Positions 52,778 through 64,000 of a DNA stretch of 64,000 bases are shown here, one piece after another. A program made the position numbers and the translations under genes. The stretch is taken from contig NC_043006.1 of assembly GCF_006345805.1 (NCBI RefSeq), positions 85,684,001 through 85,748,000 of the forward strand, read 5' to 3'. The stretch is from Octopus sinensis. Taxonomy: Eukaryota. Numbering within the stretch: the first letter of the stretch is position 1; each line of letters begins with the position of its first letter. The notes beneath the pieces were generated by a model. That model was not told where the DNA came from, did not search any database, and worked only from the letters and a program-made list of their open reading frames with translations.

Positions 52778-55700
52778 TATTTTGTATTACCCATGGGGGT
52801 TTAGATAGATGGGGACAGCACAACATGATTTGGGGTAATTAAAAACGAATGAATAAAACTATTTACAATAAAATCGGATGAAATACAAAACAAACAAAAA
52901 GGGACACATGAAGTTAAAAAAAAACATGATTGCCGACCCCACGAGCCCTGTTATTTTAACTGAAACCTTTTAGCAAGTGATCATGGCATGTTCATGTGAG
53001 GTCTTTCATACCCAACATCCGCGAAACACGCTTCCATCTTTTTTTGAACACGCACACTGACAGACACATTCTCTCTAGCCCCATCTTCCTTTTCAGATGG
53101 AACTTGAAAAAGTTCGTTAGGGCGGTGCCAGAGATCATGTTGTCTGCCATTATACCTTTCACTCTTGTCTTCCATATAACCCCTTTCGCAACTGCTACTA
53201 TCATGAGAAAGCAATACTTACCTTCGTTCGTCATGAAACCAGGCGGGTCAATTTTTAGAATTGACTCAGACGACAGCTGTACTCTTCTTCCGTCCGACAA
53301 CAGGTGTTTGGCATATGCCCACACGTCCGAAATATCCGGACATTGAACAATAGCGTGCAGGACTGTTTCCACATCCCGCCCGCATCTTGGACAGAGCGAT
53401 GGTCCACCGTGACCATGCCTTGTGAGCTTATCTCGAACGGGCAACATTGCCAGGCCAAGGACTTCTGAAAGTTATCCAGTGTCCTCGGTCCGAATGTCCT
53501 TTGGAACAGGCTGTCTAACTGATTACTATCGAAACCCAAGGTCCTTCCCAGGGTATCGTCACTTCTGGCCTCTACCAACCTGCTATAGAACGCTGCGGTG
53601 GTACCAAAGCCGCCGGCATTGCCCGAGCTGCGGAAGTGGAAGAGAGCCTTACGGCACTCCGAATACCACATTCTCAATCTTAGTCTGCGACGAAACCAGG
53701 TTTCTCTACCACCAAAACCGGCAAAGCTGGGGAACATCTGTTTTGCGAGTGGGGACCACACCCGTTCACCATCCAGGTAGAACCAAAGATGCCTCAACCT
53801 CAGCGCATGCTTGTGCATCAACAGCCAAGGCATCCCTAATCCACCCTTTAACGGCTTTTGACAACAAATAGAACGTCTCACAAGAGGAGCGGAACCCTTC
53901 CACAAAAAGCGGAAGATTTGCCTCTCCAACTTGCTTAACCACGAATCCGGACAAGGAACGACGGTTAGACGGTAAATGATGACCTATGCTATGAAAACAT
54001 TGGCCACCTCCGCCCTCCCTTTCAAGGATAGCTACCGCCAAGACCAAGTCTTGACCACGTGAGCCACCTTGCTCGCAACCTCAGACCAGTTCCTTTCTCT
54101 CTGGAGACCTGGACCAAACCAGATCCCTAGCAATTTAACCAGGCCCTCCGTCCAGCATCCCACGATGCTATTCGAAGGCATCGACTTGCCAACCCAGGTG
54201 TCGAGTTGCAAGCCGACTGACTTTTCCCGGTTAATTTTTGCTCCTGTCACCGTCTCATAAGCCTTGATGGTGTCTCCTACTTTCTGTAGGAGTTCCACCT
54301 TGGTCACGATGATGGTGATGCCGTCCGCATACGCTGTAACAGATCCTCCACCTCCTGGATTCGTCGAGATGACGCTCAGCTTTCGCAGTAATGGCTCGAG
54401 AGCCATCACGTATAAAAGCGGGGAGAGCGGACACCCTTGACGAACTGACCGTTTGATGCAGAACGGCTTAGAAAGTAAACCGTTCACCCGAACGATCGAG
54501 TCAATGTTGTCGTACAACTGTATAATCCGCCCGAACTGTGCGAGCACATACACCAGGTAGCGATGGCTCACCCTATCGAAGGCTTTACTCTGGTCTAAAT
54601 GGACCAGTGCCGCACCCTTGCCAGAGTTATTCCTGAACACTTCAACGGTGTAACGTATAAAGTGAAGATTATCCTGAATAGTTCTTCCGGGGACTGCACA
54701 AGTTTGTGCCTCCCCGATCAAACTATCCGCGACACGCGTCAACCTTTTCACTAACACCTTGGCCAAAATTTTCACCTCTGCGTTCAGCAGGGTGATGGGC
54801 CTAAAATTATCTATTCTGTCCCCCTTGTCCGGGTCCTTCCTAATCAGCGTCACCACTCCCCGGCGTACAGATCTGGGAATCCTCCCATTCTGATTCCAGT
54901 TCGCGAAAATGCTGGCCAGTACGGGCCCGAACAAGTCTGGCATACTTTTATATAGTTCATAGGGTAAACCATCCAGTCCCGGCGCCTTACCTCTGCTACA
55001 GTCGGCTATGGCCTCAGTCACCTCCTCAGGCGTGATTGACCCTTCACAGCACTCCGCATCCTGCCCCGAGAGGCGTGGCAGCCCGGTGAGGAGGTCCGTA
55101 AGGTCCAACCTCTCATCCGGTCCACCATCACCCCCGAAAATCTGGGCGAAGTGCTCCTGAAAAGTCCGACACATCTCCTCGAGTTCGTTTATCAAATCGC
55201 CCTTTTCATTCGTCACAGACTTAATTGTGGAATCGTTTCCACGTTGAGCTTCCACAACTCATGCCCATCCGGCCGCCTTAATTCCCTCGCTCCCCATTGC
55301 GCGAAGTCTAACTCTGACGATACATCCCATGTGCTTGGCTTCGAGATGCTGGTTTAATTCCAGTCTCTTCAACCTCACCTGGGACCCGTCGTAAGATCTT
55401 ATGGCTTCCTCTAAGGCCTTAACTAGCCCCTCTTCTTCCTTACGCCTTCTATTTACTAGTCCTATACTATACCTAATGGACTCGTATTTTATGGCTCTCT
55501 TGAGCGCTAACCACTTAATGGAACCGGTTAACGCCCTCTGAATTAGTAACCTAATCCGGCTTCTGTACTCCTCGATCACCAAAAGGGACTTATTGAGTTT
55601 CCACTAACCAGATCCTTTTCTACATAACTTATCTAGGCACAGCTTACCAGTGGCCATCTTGTGATCACTGTAACTGACCAAGTGAAACTGTGGACACTCA

Positions 55701-57869
55701 ACTATACCTTTATCTAGTTCTCTAATAAAAATTCTGTCTATATAAGATTTGGAAGACCCGTCGCTACTTGACCACGTCCACAGTGGAGTGTCCAGGAATT
55801 CCAGTCTGTAAGGATCTACTAGCTGAAAGCGACTTAGTAGATCTCGGAAGTCTCTGTTAGGTTTCCTATCATCGTTGGAGCCAACACTATCAACACGCGC
55901 ATTGACAATAGTGTTAAAGTCCCCTAGCATCACTAAGGATTTTGACGTCCCAAGAAATTTCTCTAAGTCTCGAAAGTAATCAGTCTGATATGTATTGGGT
56001 GCGTACACCGCTACCAGCCTGATCTCTTTACCACAACTGGAAGTCAGGTCTAAGACGACCAGCCTACCTTCTGGGTCAGCAAAAATTAACTTTTTCTCTG
56101 AAACTCGATTCCTTTTAAGTAGGACCAACACCTCACTTCCACCCCCCTGCCAGCATGGAGAAATAAATTTCTCGTAGCCATCCAGGAGCGGGAGTAGATC
56201 TCTTGGCCTTTTCAACCGAGTTTCAGTAGCAACAACAACATCTAAATTGTGTGACCTGATGTCATTTAGGAAACGCCCCTGTTTCCAGTTCGACATCAGG
56301 CCACACACATTTAAACACCCTACTTGAACAGCCATAAATCACTTACTTTGTTTCTTCTGAGTCCGGGGGGGCGGGGGAGAATCGCCTCCTCTTTATTTGG
56401 GGCCCATGGAATCGGCTGGATCAGGCGCTCATACAGACGATTCAAAACCTCCATCCGCAGAGGGCCCACATCCTTCCTGAAATCGTTCAATAACACATTG
56501 TACGCCTTTTGGCTGATCTTATAAATTTTTATATTTTTTCTTTCAGTTTTTCGTCCTCCTCTATCTCCTGCAGGTGCTGCGTTTCGGTACGTCTCGTCAC
56601 CTCTCCGTCCACCGTTCGAATCGCAACGAAGGCGTTGTTGACAATGTTCTCGCTTTTTTGCTTCCTAATCTCTCGTTTTTTTTTCTTCATTTTTTCCTTT
56701 TTCTGGGGAGGGGTTTTTATGTTTTCTTTTTGTTGTTGTTGCTGTCCATCCCTCCCCTTCTTTTTCCTCCGGCATTGGTGTTGTTGCTGGTTCTGCCACC
56801 GCTGGTACTGCAGAGGCCGCAGCAGAGGCTGAAGGTTCGTCCGTCCTCCCCTCCTCTGCCAGCTTGCAATTTTTTCTAAGGTGTCCCTTTTTGCCACATA
56901 GGAAACACCTAGGTTGGCAACCCTCTACCATTACTGGTAGACGGTTGTCGCCAATCTTTATGATCTCCGTTATCTCCTCTAATGTGGCTGGTTCAACCTG
57001 TAAAGTAATCTTTACTTTTTGGCCGGCCCAGTTTTTTGTCTCCTCCACAACTGCGTCGATAATATTTAGTTTTGCTTCGAGGCCCAATGTTACTGCCACC
57101 ACCAACTTCTCAGGCTCTACCTCAGGCGGCACCTTTGTTATTGTAATTTTTTAGGTCCTTCTGCCCATATAGATGGGCAGGAGCAGTACCTCATCCGTCT
57201 TTAACGGTTCCACCGAATGGATCCTCACTTCCTCCTCCGTGCCGAACCTCACCTCAACCGTGGCAAACCTTTTTCCTCTCACTATGAATTTTACTTTGTC
57301 CCATATGGGATTTAGACATTTTTCAGTCGGGTCCTCTTTTGTAAACTCAATCCTTTTTTCCTTGATGTTGAACGTTTTAAAAATTACAGTTCTTCTTTCA
57401 ATACTCTCTTGAAATTCTTTGGATTGTTCCACCTTGGTTTCGAATCCGTTTTTGTTATGTCTTGTTTCAACTTGTCTAGATTTTCTAGGTTAATCTTTCT
57501 TGTTTTTGTACCAACTGCTGCTGCAAAATTTAACTTCTTTCTTGCACCACCCGCCTCCAGGCTTGGTGCTTCTATATTTCTCCTTGCTATTGGCCTTCTC
57601 TGTTCATTTTGTACATTTTCCTCCTCCGAGTCTGACGACAATCTCAGCTCTCAAATTTTTTCCATTTCTTCCATTGTCTTCTTTTCTGGGCTAGCCATTA
57701 TTTTGGCCACCCTTACGGGCGAAATTGCTACGATAACTCCAGTAACAATTCAGCATCAACAGTAACAACAACAGAAAAAATAACAGACAAATTAACAGTA
57801 ATACTTAACAGAGAAAATAATCCAAGTGAACAATAACCAACCGCACGCAATAACACAAGTCAGTTCGAC
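52778..57869 (-). mobile_element. Full-length, inactivated Tx1/L1-clade non-LTR retrotransposon
   Basis: 17-bp TSD aaggcactacatggtga at 52761-52777 and 57870-57886. ORF1 ~57698-56345 with knuckle CFLCGKKGHLRKNC. ORF2 56335-52992 with APE (CLNVCGL, GDFN, SDH), RT (FRPITLLN, LDQSKAFDRV, RQGCPLSP, YADG) and CPRC...H...C. Several stops and frameshifts. Confidence 0.93.
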
Positions 57870-58578
57870 AAGGCACTACATGGTGAAAGTTCAGTTTTTG
57901 AGTATCGATGAATAAGTGACAGCATAATATCTGCAGATTTTCAAGAGAATTACCACGTTTAAATAAGAAATGAAAATCATTGAAAGGTTAACTTTAGTTA
58001 ATCATGCAAATAATAGCCAATGGGAATATTCCACTCTGTACTGATATATACTACTATGAAAAAATAATTTAAGATTACAGGTTTGTGCATAGGTGTTCAT
58101 TGGATCTAATGAACTAATTGGATCGTATTTTCAAAAAGCTTTTATATTCTAAAAAATTAAAATTTAAAGTTTAAGAAAATTATAAGACGCTAAATATTTA
58201 TGCTTACAACATACTAAAATGTCTGTAATTTTATTTAATATGTTTTTATTTCTACTCGATTCCTTGATGCAAAGCCTATACAATTTAGTATATGTGTTCT
58301 ATGGTGTTGATTCAGTAATTATCGATCATCATTAATTATACTCAATGTTAGACTGTATGAGGTGGTTAATGTATGATGCTAATGTCGTGGAATTTTTTTA
58401 TATAGGGGTGAATAAATGAATTCTTGTGTCCCCTATATCGATTTTTAAAATCAGTATCACTCCCTATATAAATTTCTCTAAGTCCGGAGTGTTAAACTAA
58501 TCAACCTATTTGCTGTTTACACACCGTCTTCGTGTGTTCGTTTCTTTTGTAAATTCCAAATATATATGTATGTTTATG

Positions 58579-58622
<44 letters not shown>

Positions 58623-58626
58623 TAAA

Positions 58627-58936
58627 TATCACGTGATCACGTGACTGACCAGGCAATCAGATGTTACTACACATCGCTGGTCACAATGCACTTCACATTG
58701 TTTTAGCCTTCAATGACACCACTCCGCTGGCTAAGCAAGCAGGCCAATAGAAGAAAGAGTGAGAGAAAGATGTGGTGAAAGAGTACAGCACGGATCACCA
58801 CCACCCCCTGCCAGAGCCTCGTGGAGCTTTAGGTGTTTTTGCTCAATAAACACTCACAACGCCCGGTCTGGGAATCGAGACCGCGATCCTACGACCGTGA
58901 GTCCGCTGCCCTTACCACAGGGCCATTGCGCCTCCA
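58627..58936 (-). mobile_element. tRNA-derived SINE, family C
   Basis: As 41793-42086. Confidence 0.92.
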
Positions 58937-58938
58937 CA

Positions 58939-59014
<76 letters not shown>

Positions 59015-59118
59015 CCGGAGTAAACACATAAATGTGAAACAAGGTGGAAAGAAGAGTACTCAAATACCAGTGGTAGAGTAATATGCTTTATTTAAAGCAG
59101 CAGAAAATTCAACAAAAC

Positions 59119-59156
59119 CTGTTACTCTGAGTTTCACGTTGCCGTTCATCAGACAG
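59119..59156 (-). ncRNA. Minimal type I hammerhead ribozyme (canonical core)
   Basis: Minus strand CUGU CUGAUGA ACG-GCAA-CGU GAA ACUC-a-GAGU A ACAG. GNRA loop II, near-palindromic stem III, GUA triplet. Confidence 0.75.
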
Positions 59157-59172
59157 TTTTAGCTAGAAAAAA

Positions 59173-59210
59173 CTGTCCGATGAACGGCAACGTGAAACTC
59201 AGAGTAACAG
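59173..59210 (+). ncRNA. Mirror hammerhead copy with U4C core change (CCGAUGA)
   Basis: Reverse complement of 59119-59156 except 59178 T>C. Confidence 0.55.
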
Positions 59211-59252
59211 GTTTTGTTGAATTTTCTGCTGCTTTAAATAAAGTAATATATA

Positions 59253-59290
<38 letters not shown>

Positions 59291-59408
59291 TTATATATAT
59301 AAAACTGAGAATGTGTGTCTGTCTGTCTGTCTCTATGTTTTACAAATTTTCAGTCTTAAGTGTTAAAAGTGAAACAAAAACATCTCTCTATTGTATGCAT
59401 ATAGATGT

Positions 59409-62400
59409 ATCATCATCATCGTCGTTTAACGTCCGTTCTCCATGCTAGCATGGGTTGGACGGTTCGACCGGGGTTCTGGGAAGCCAGAAGGCTGCACCAG
59501 GCTCCAGTCTAATTTGGCAATGTTTCTACAGCTGGATGCCCTTCCTAACGCCAACCACTCCGTGAGTGTAGTGGGTGCTTTTTACGTGCCACCTGCACAG
59601 GTGCCAGGCGGGGCTGGCAACGGCCACGGTCAGATTGGTGTATTTTATGTGCCACCGGCACGGAAGCCAGTCGAGGCGGTGCTGGCATCGACCACGAGTC
59701 GGATAGTGCTTTTTACGTACCACCAGACCAGGGATCCTGGCTGGTTCAATTCGATTTCGATTTCGCTTGCCCCAACATGTCTTCACAAGCAAAGGGGGTT
59801 GGCAAGGGTGCCTGTCGTACGGTCGCATTGGAGTATTTTACGTGCCACGGCCACGAGTCGGATAGTGCTTTTTACGTACCACCAGACCAGGGATCCTGGC
59901 TGGTTCAATTCGATTTCGATTTCGCTTGCCCCAACATGTCTTCACAAGCAAAGGGGGTTGGCATGGGTGCCTGTCGTACGGTCGCATTGGAGTATTTTAC
60001 GTGCCACGGCCACGAGTCGGATAGTGCTTTTTACGTACCACCAGGCCAGGGATCCTGGCTGGTTCAATTCGGTTTCGATTTCGATTTCGCTTGCCCCAAC
60101 ATGTCTTCGCAAGCATGGGGGGTTGGCATGGGTGTCTGTCGTCGGATGAGGTTCTATATCGACTTCGCTTGCCTCAACCGGTCTTTGTGTCCAAGGGAGG
60201 AAAGGCATTCATAAGTGGGCTGGGCTCACTTGTCCTGCCTGGTCTTCTCACGTACAGAATATTTCCAAAGGTCTCGGTCTCTGGTCATTTCCTCAGTGAG
60301 GCCTAAAGTTCGAAGGTCGTGCTTCACCACCTCGTCCCAGGTTTTCCTGGGTCTACCTCTTCCACGGGTTCCCTCAACTGCTAGGGATTGGCACTTTCTC
60401 ACACACCTATCTTCATCCATTCTCGCCACATGACCATACCAGCGCAATCGTCTCTCTTGCACACCACAACTGATGCTTCTTAGGTACAACATTTCTCTCA
60501 AGGTGCTAACGCTCTGTCGAGTATGTACACTGACATTACACATCCATCGGAGCATACTGGCTTCATTCCTCACGAGCTTACGCATGTCCTCAGCAGTCAC
60601 GGCCCATGTTTCGCTGCCATGTAGCATGGCTGTTCGTACACACGCATCATACAGTCTGCCTTTTACTCTGAGCGAGAGGCCTTTAGTCACCAGCAGAGGT
60701 AAGAGCTCCCTAAACTTTGCCCAGGCTATTCTTATTCTAGCAGTTACACTTTCAGCGCACCCACCCCCACTACTGACTTGGTCACCTAGATAACGGAAGC
60801 TATCAACTACTTCTAGTTTTTCCCCCTGGAAAGTGACGGAAGTTGTTTTCTGCAGATTTTCGGAGGTTAATGCTCCCGAGCATCTGCCACAAACAAAAAC
60901 TATCTTCCCAGTTAGCCTACCTTTGACATTGCTGCACCTCTTATGTGTCCATAGCTTACACTGGGTACATCTTATAGAGTTTCTACCTACACCTTTTCTA
61001 CAGATCGAGCAGGGCCATCTTCCTGAAGATATTTGTGGATTGTCTACCTTTCTACTTATTAGTACTTTGGTTTTAGCTAGGTTGACTCTAAGGCCCCTTG
61101 ATTCTAAACCCTCCTTCCACACCTGGAACTTCTCCTCCAGTTCTGATAGTGACTCAGCAATAAGAGCAAGGTCGTCAGCGTAGAGGAGCTCCCAGGGACA
61201 GCCTGTCTTGAATTCCTCCGTAATTGCCTGGAGTACTATGATAAATAGGAGGGGGCTGAGTACTGAACCCTGGTGGACCCCAACCTCTACTTTGAATTCT
61301 TCTGTGTACATGTTGCCAACCCTAACCTTACTTATGGCATCTCTGTACATGGCTTGCACAGTCCTCACCAGCCATTCATCTATCCCTAGTTTCCTCATTG
61401 ACCACCAGATAAGGGATCGGGGGACCCTATCAAAAGCTTTCTCCATGTCAACGAAAGCCAGGTACAGGGGCTTATCTTTGGCTAGGTATTTCTCCTGCAG
61501 CTGCCTTACCAGGAATATAGCATCAGTGGTACTTTTCCCTGGCACGAACCCAAACTGCATCTCATCTAAACTAACTCTCTCTCTAATTAGTTGGGCTATG
61601 ACCCTCTCCGTAACCTTCATTACTTGATCCAACAGCTTGATACCTCTGTAATTATTTGTATCTAGGGCATCACCTTTACCTTTGTAGCAGTTGACTAGTA
61701 TGCTGCTGCACCAGTCATTGGGTATGACTCCTTCGTGTATCACCTGGTTGACTATACGGGTGACTAGGTTATAGCCGACACTGCCAGATATTTTGAGCAT
61801 CTCTGCAGTAATTCCTGATGGGCCTGGGGCTTTCCCTGTCTTCATGCTTCTAATTGCCTTAGCTACCACGGAACTATCAACTCGGATAGCTGGTCCCTCT
61901 GTAGGGTCAACATTCGGCAGACTCTCTTTATCCCATTCATTTTCCTCATTCAGTAACCTTTCATAGTGGCGTCTCCAAGCTTCTCTCTTTGCATCCTCAT
62001 TTAGCGCAAGTGAACCATCCTCCATGCGAACACATTTCTCTCCTACCACATCACGATTCTCTCTCACACACTGTCTTGCAACACGAAATACCTCAAGTCT
62101 TTCATCCTCATGGCGCAGGACATTGGCAAATTTTCTCTTATCTGCTTCCCCTCTGGCTAGATAGACCTGTCTCCTAGCTTCCCTTCTGGCAGTCTGATAC
62201 CCTTCCCTGCTACCACCGTTCTTCCAGGCCTTCCAAGCCTGTTTCTTTTGTCTAATAGCCCTGTCAACAATATTGTTCCACCACCACGTTATTTTGGGTC
62301 TTAAGGGGACTTTGCACCAGCCACAGATCTGGTCAGCGGCTTTCAGCAGGTTGTCCCTCAGAAACGTCCAGTTGTCTTCTACTCCATGTGTAGCTATACC

Positions 62401-63450
62401 CCCTTCCACTTCGTCAAAGGCTTCAAGTAACATATCTCTAAATCTCTGTCCATTCGCAGGGGCTTTAAGCTTCCAGACCCTTCTTCTCCATGTTGGTCGT
62501 CTTCTAGTCGCCCTCTTAGTCCTGATCCTAAAGTCACTAACTACCAGTCTATGTTGTGGGGTGCATTCTTCGCCTGGGAAGGTTTTGGCATTTATAAGCA
62601 GCCATCTTTCCCTTTTTCTGGCAAGGATGTAGTCGATTTGGCTAGTATGCCGGCCCGATCGGTAGGTGACCAGGTGGCTTGTTGGTTTCCTGAAGTTAGT
62701 GTTGCAGACCATAAGACTATTCGCATCGCAGAACTCCAGCAGCCTGGTTCCCTCCTCGTTGCGGGAACCATAACCGTAGCCTCCATGTACGCCATGGAAG
62801 CCCCCAGGATGTCGTCCAACATGCCCATTGAAATCACCAGCCACAAAGAGAAGGTCCCTGTCGTTCGTCGATAAGGTGGTCTGCAGTAGGGTGTCATAGA
62901 AACTGTCTTTCTGTCCATCGGGTAGCCCTGGCTGAGGGGCATAGGCCGATATAATGGTTGCTAATCTATTATGAAGCACTATTCTAATCTTAAGTATTCT
63001 GTCACTTACTCTGATTACCTCAATTACTCTATCTATCCATTTCTCAGCGATAAGTATACCCACGCCACCAACCCCGTCAGTGTTCCCTGCCCAGAAAATC
63101 TTGTACCTGTGTTCCTTGCCTGTGAGGACCCTAGCAGATCCTCCTCTCCACCTTATTTCTTGCATACAACATACATCAACACGTCTCCGTTCAAGCATCT
63201 CGACTATCTCGCCAGACCTACCTTTCAATGTGCCAACGTTGAGGGTGCCCACCCTGAGGGTGTGGGAGGTGTGGGCCTCTGAGACCCTGGGATGAGGGAC
63301 AGCAGTGTTATGTACCTGAAAAGAAAGCTTGCATTTGCCAGATATCATACTGAGACTCTAGACTACAACCTGCATAAATTTCACAGTTTTTGCGCTATAT
63401 GATCACAATAAACCCTACATAGGGGTGCGGGGGGGGGGTCAAGAAAGATA
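59409..63450 (-). mobile_element. RTE-clade LINE, apparently young; 3' UTR with internal tandem repeats and (GAT)n tail
   Basis: Intact ORF 60226-63348, then an ~815-bp 3' UTR ending ...gttaaacgacgatgatgatgat at 59409. The 5' boundary is uncertain. Confidence 0.93.
60226..63348 (-). CDS. RTE LINE polyprotein: APE endonuclease, RT, PHD-type finger, RTE C-terminus (1040 aa, uninterrupted)
   Basis: GTLNVGTL, MQEIRW, AGDFNGH, QIDYIL; RT NYRGIKLL, FVDMEKAFDRV, GVHQGSVLSP, LYADD; C-terminal ERRLRWYGHV...GRGRPRKTW. Confidence 0.96.
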   Translation of the reverse strand: MISGKCKLSFQVHNTAVPHPRVSEAHTSHTLRVGTLNVGTLKGRSGEIVEMLERRRVDVCCMQEIRWRGGSARVLTGKEHRYKIFWAGNTDGVGGVGILIAEKWIDRVIEVIRVSDRILKIRIVLHNRLATIISAYAPQPGLPDGQKDSFYDTLLQTTLSTNDRDLLFVAGDFNGHVGRHPGGFHGVHGGYGYGSRNEEGTRLLEFCDANSLMVCNTNFRKPTSHLVTYRSGRHTSQIDYILARKRERWLLINAKTFPGEECTPQHRLVVSDFRIRTKRATRRRPTWRRRVWKLKAPANGQRFRDMLLEAFDEVEGGIATHGVEDNWTFLRDNLLKAADQICGWCKVPLRPKITWWWNNIVDRAIRQKKQAWKAWKNGGSREGYQTARREARRQVYLARGEADKRKFANVLRHEDERLEVFRVARQCVRENRDVVGEKCVRMEDGSLALNEDAKREAWRRHYERLLNEENEWDKESLPNVDPTEGPAIRVDSSVVAKAIRSMKTGKAPGPSGITAEMLKISGSVGYNLVTRIVNQVIHEGVIPNDWCSSILVNCYKGKGDALDTNNYRGIKLLDQVMKVTERVIAQLIRERVSLDEMQFGFVPGKSTTDAIFLVRQLQEKYLAKDKPLYLAFVDMEKAFDRVPRSLIWWSMRKLGIDEWLVRTVQAMYRDAISKVRVGNMYTEEFKVEVGVHQGSVLSPLLFIIVLQAITEEFKTGCPWELLYADDLALIAESLSELEEKFQVWKEGLESRGLRVNLAKTKVLISRKVDNPQISSGRWPCSICRKGVGRNSIRCTQCKLWTHKRCSNVKGRLTGKIVFVCGRCSGALTSENLQKTTSVTFQGEKLEVVDSFRYLGDQVSSGGGCAESVTARIRIAWAKFRELLPLLVTKGLSLRVKGRLYDACVRTAMLHGSETWAVTAEDMRKLVRNEASMLRWMCNVSVHTRQSVSTLREMLYLRSISCGVQERRLRWYGHVARMDEDRCVRKCQSLAVEGTRGRGRPRKTWDEVVKHDLRTLGLTEEMTRDRDLWKYSVREKTRQDK

Positions 63451-63503
63451 GAAAACAGAAACTTCCGGTTCTGGTGGATGGGTGGGAGGGCGGGGTCACC
63501 TCG

Positions 63504-64000
63504 AAGGAACAACAGGTTTTAAGTTAATACGTAGGGAATTTTCTGCAACAGAAATTACTGAACATCTAGGAACTTCGGGGTTCGAGAAGAACGTAATATA
63601 AATAAGAGAGAGAGAAAAAATTTCGTAGGGAATTTAGGGTATCTTTGGGGAAAGGAATAACGACGAAGGAACAACAGGTTTTAAGTTAATACGTAGGGAA
63701 TTTTCTGCAACAGAAATTACTGAACATCTAGGAACTTCGGGGTTCGAGAAGAACGTAATATAAATAAGAGAGAGAGAAAAAATTTCATAGGGAATTTAGG
63801 GTATCTTTGGGGAAAGGAATAACGACGAAGGAACAACAGGTTTTAAGTTAATACGTAGGGAATTTTCTGCAACAGAAATTACTGAACATCTAGGAACTTC
63901 GGGGTTCGAGAAGAACGTAATATAAATAAGAGAGAGAGAAAAAATTTCGTAGGGAATTAGGGTATCTTTGGGGAAAGGAATAACGACGAAGGAACAACAG
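63504..64000. repeat. 161-162-bp tandem repeat, at least 3 near-identical copies, running off the window
   Basis: gaaggaacaacag starts at 63504, 63665, 63827 and 63988. Confidence 0.95.

Noticed and set aside
59288-59335. Helitron 5' end (TCTTTATATATATAAAA...tgtctgtctgtc)
   Set aside because: No matching 3' hairpin-CTRR before the RTE tail; only a fragment.
52992-63295. Antisense and alternative-frame ORFs overlapping the Tx1 and RTE elements
   Set aside because: Shadow ORFs of the retroelement coding sequence with no independent motifs.

Overview
Repeat-dominated eukaryotic DNA, most likely from an octopus or other coleoid cephalopod. This is inferred from tRNA-derived SINE families, an octopus-style C2H2 zinc-finger gene and TTAGGG repeats. 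There is one 100-N scaffold gap at 16101-16200. Host genes are few: an intronless non-RD protein kinase ORF (25488-26354, +) converges on a frameshifted C2H2 zinc-finger gene (~27330-28019, -). Mobile DNA includes an intact 1040-aa RTE LINE ORF with an inserted PHD finger (60226-63348, -), a full-length decayed Tx1/L1-clade LINE with a 17-bp TSD (52778-57869, -), and CR1, R4/Dong, Gypsy-gag, Penelope-like and Tc1/mariner remnants. It also includes non-autonomous Helitrons (one composite) and many SINEs (one six-unit concatemer). An interstitial (TTAGGG)n block runs straight into a 3.4-kb decamer satellite punctuated about 17 times by a double-hairpin cassette. The most notable signal outside the ORF track is a set of minimal type I hammerhead ribozyme motifs from several unrelated sequence families, mostly inside fold-back palindromes. 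One family carries the compensatory U3-A8 core pair in a doubly folded-back, flip-flop array (38085-38830). All calls were made by eye; no database search or folding program was run.
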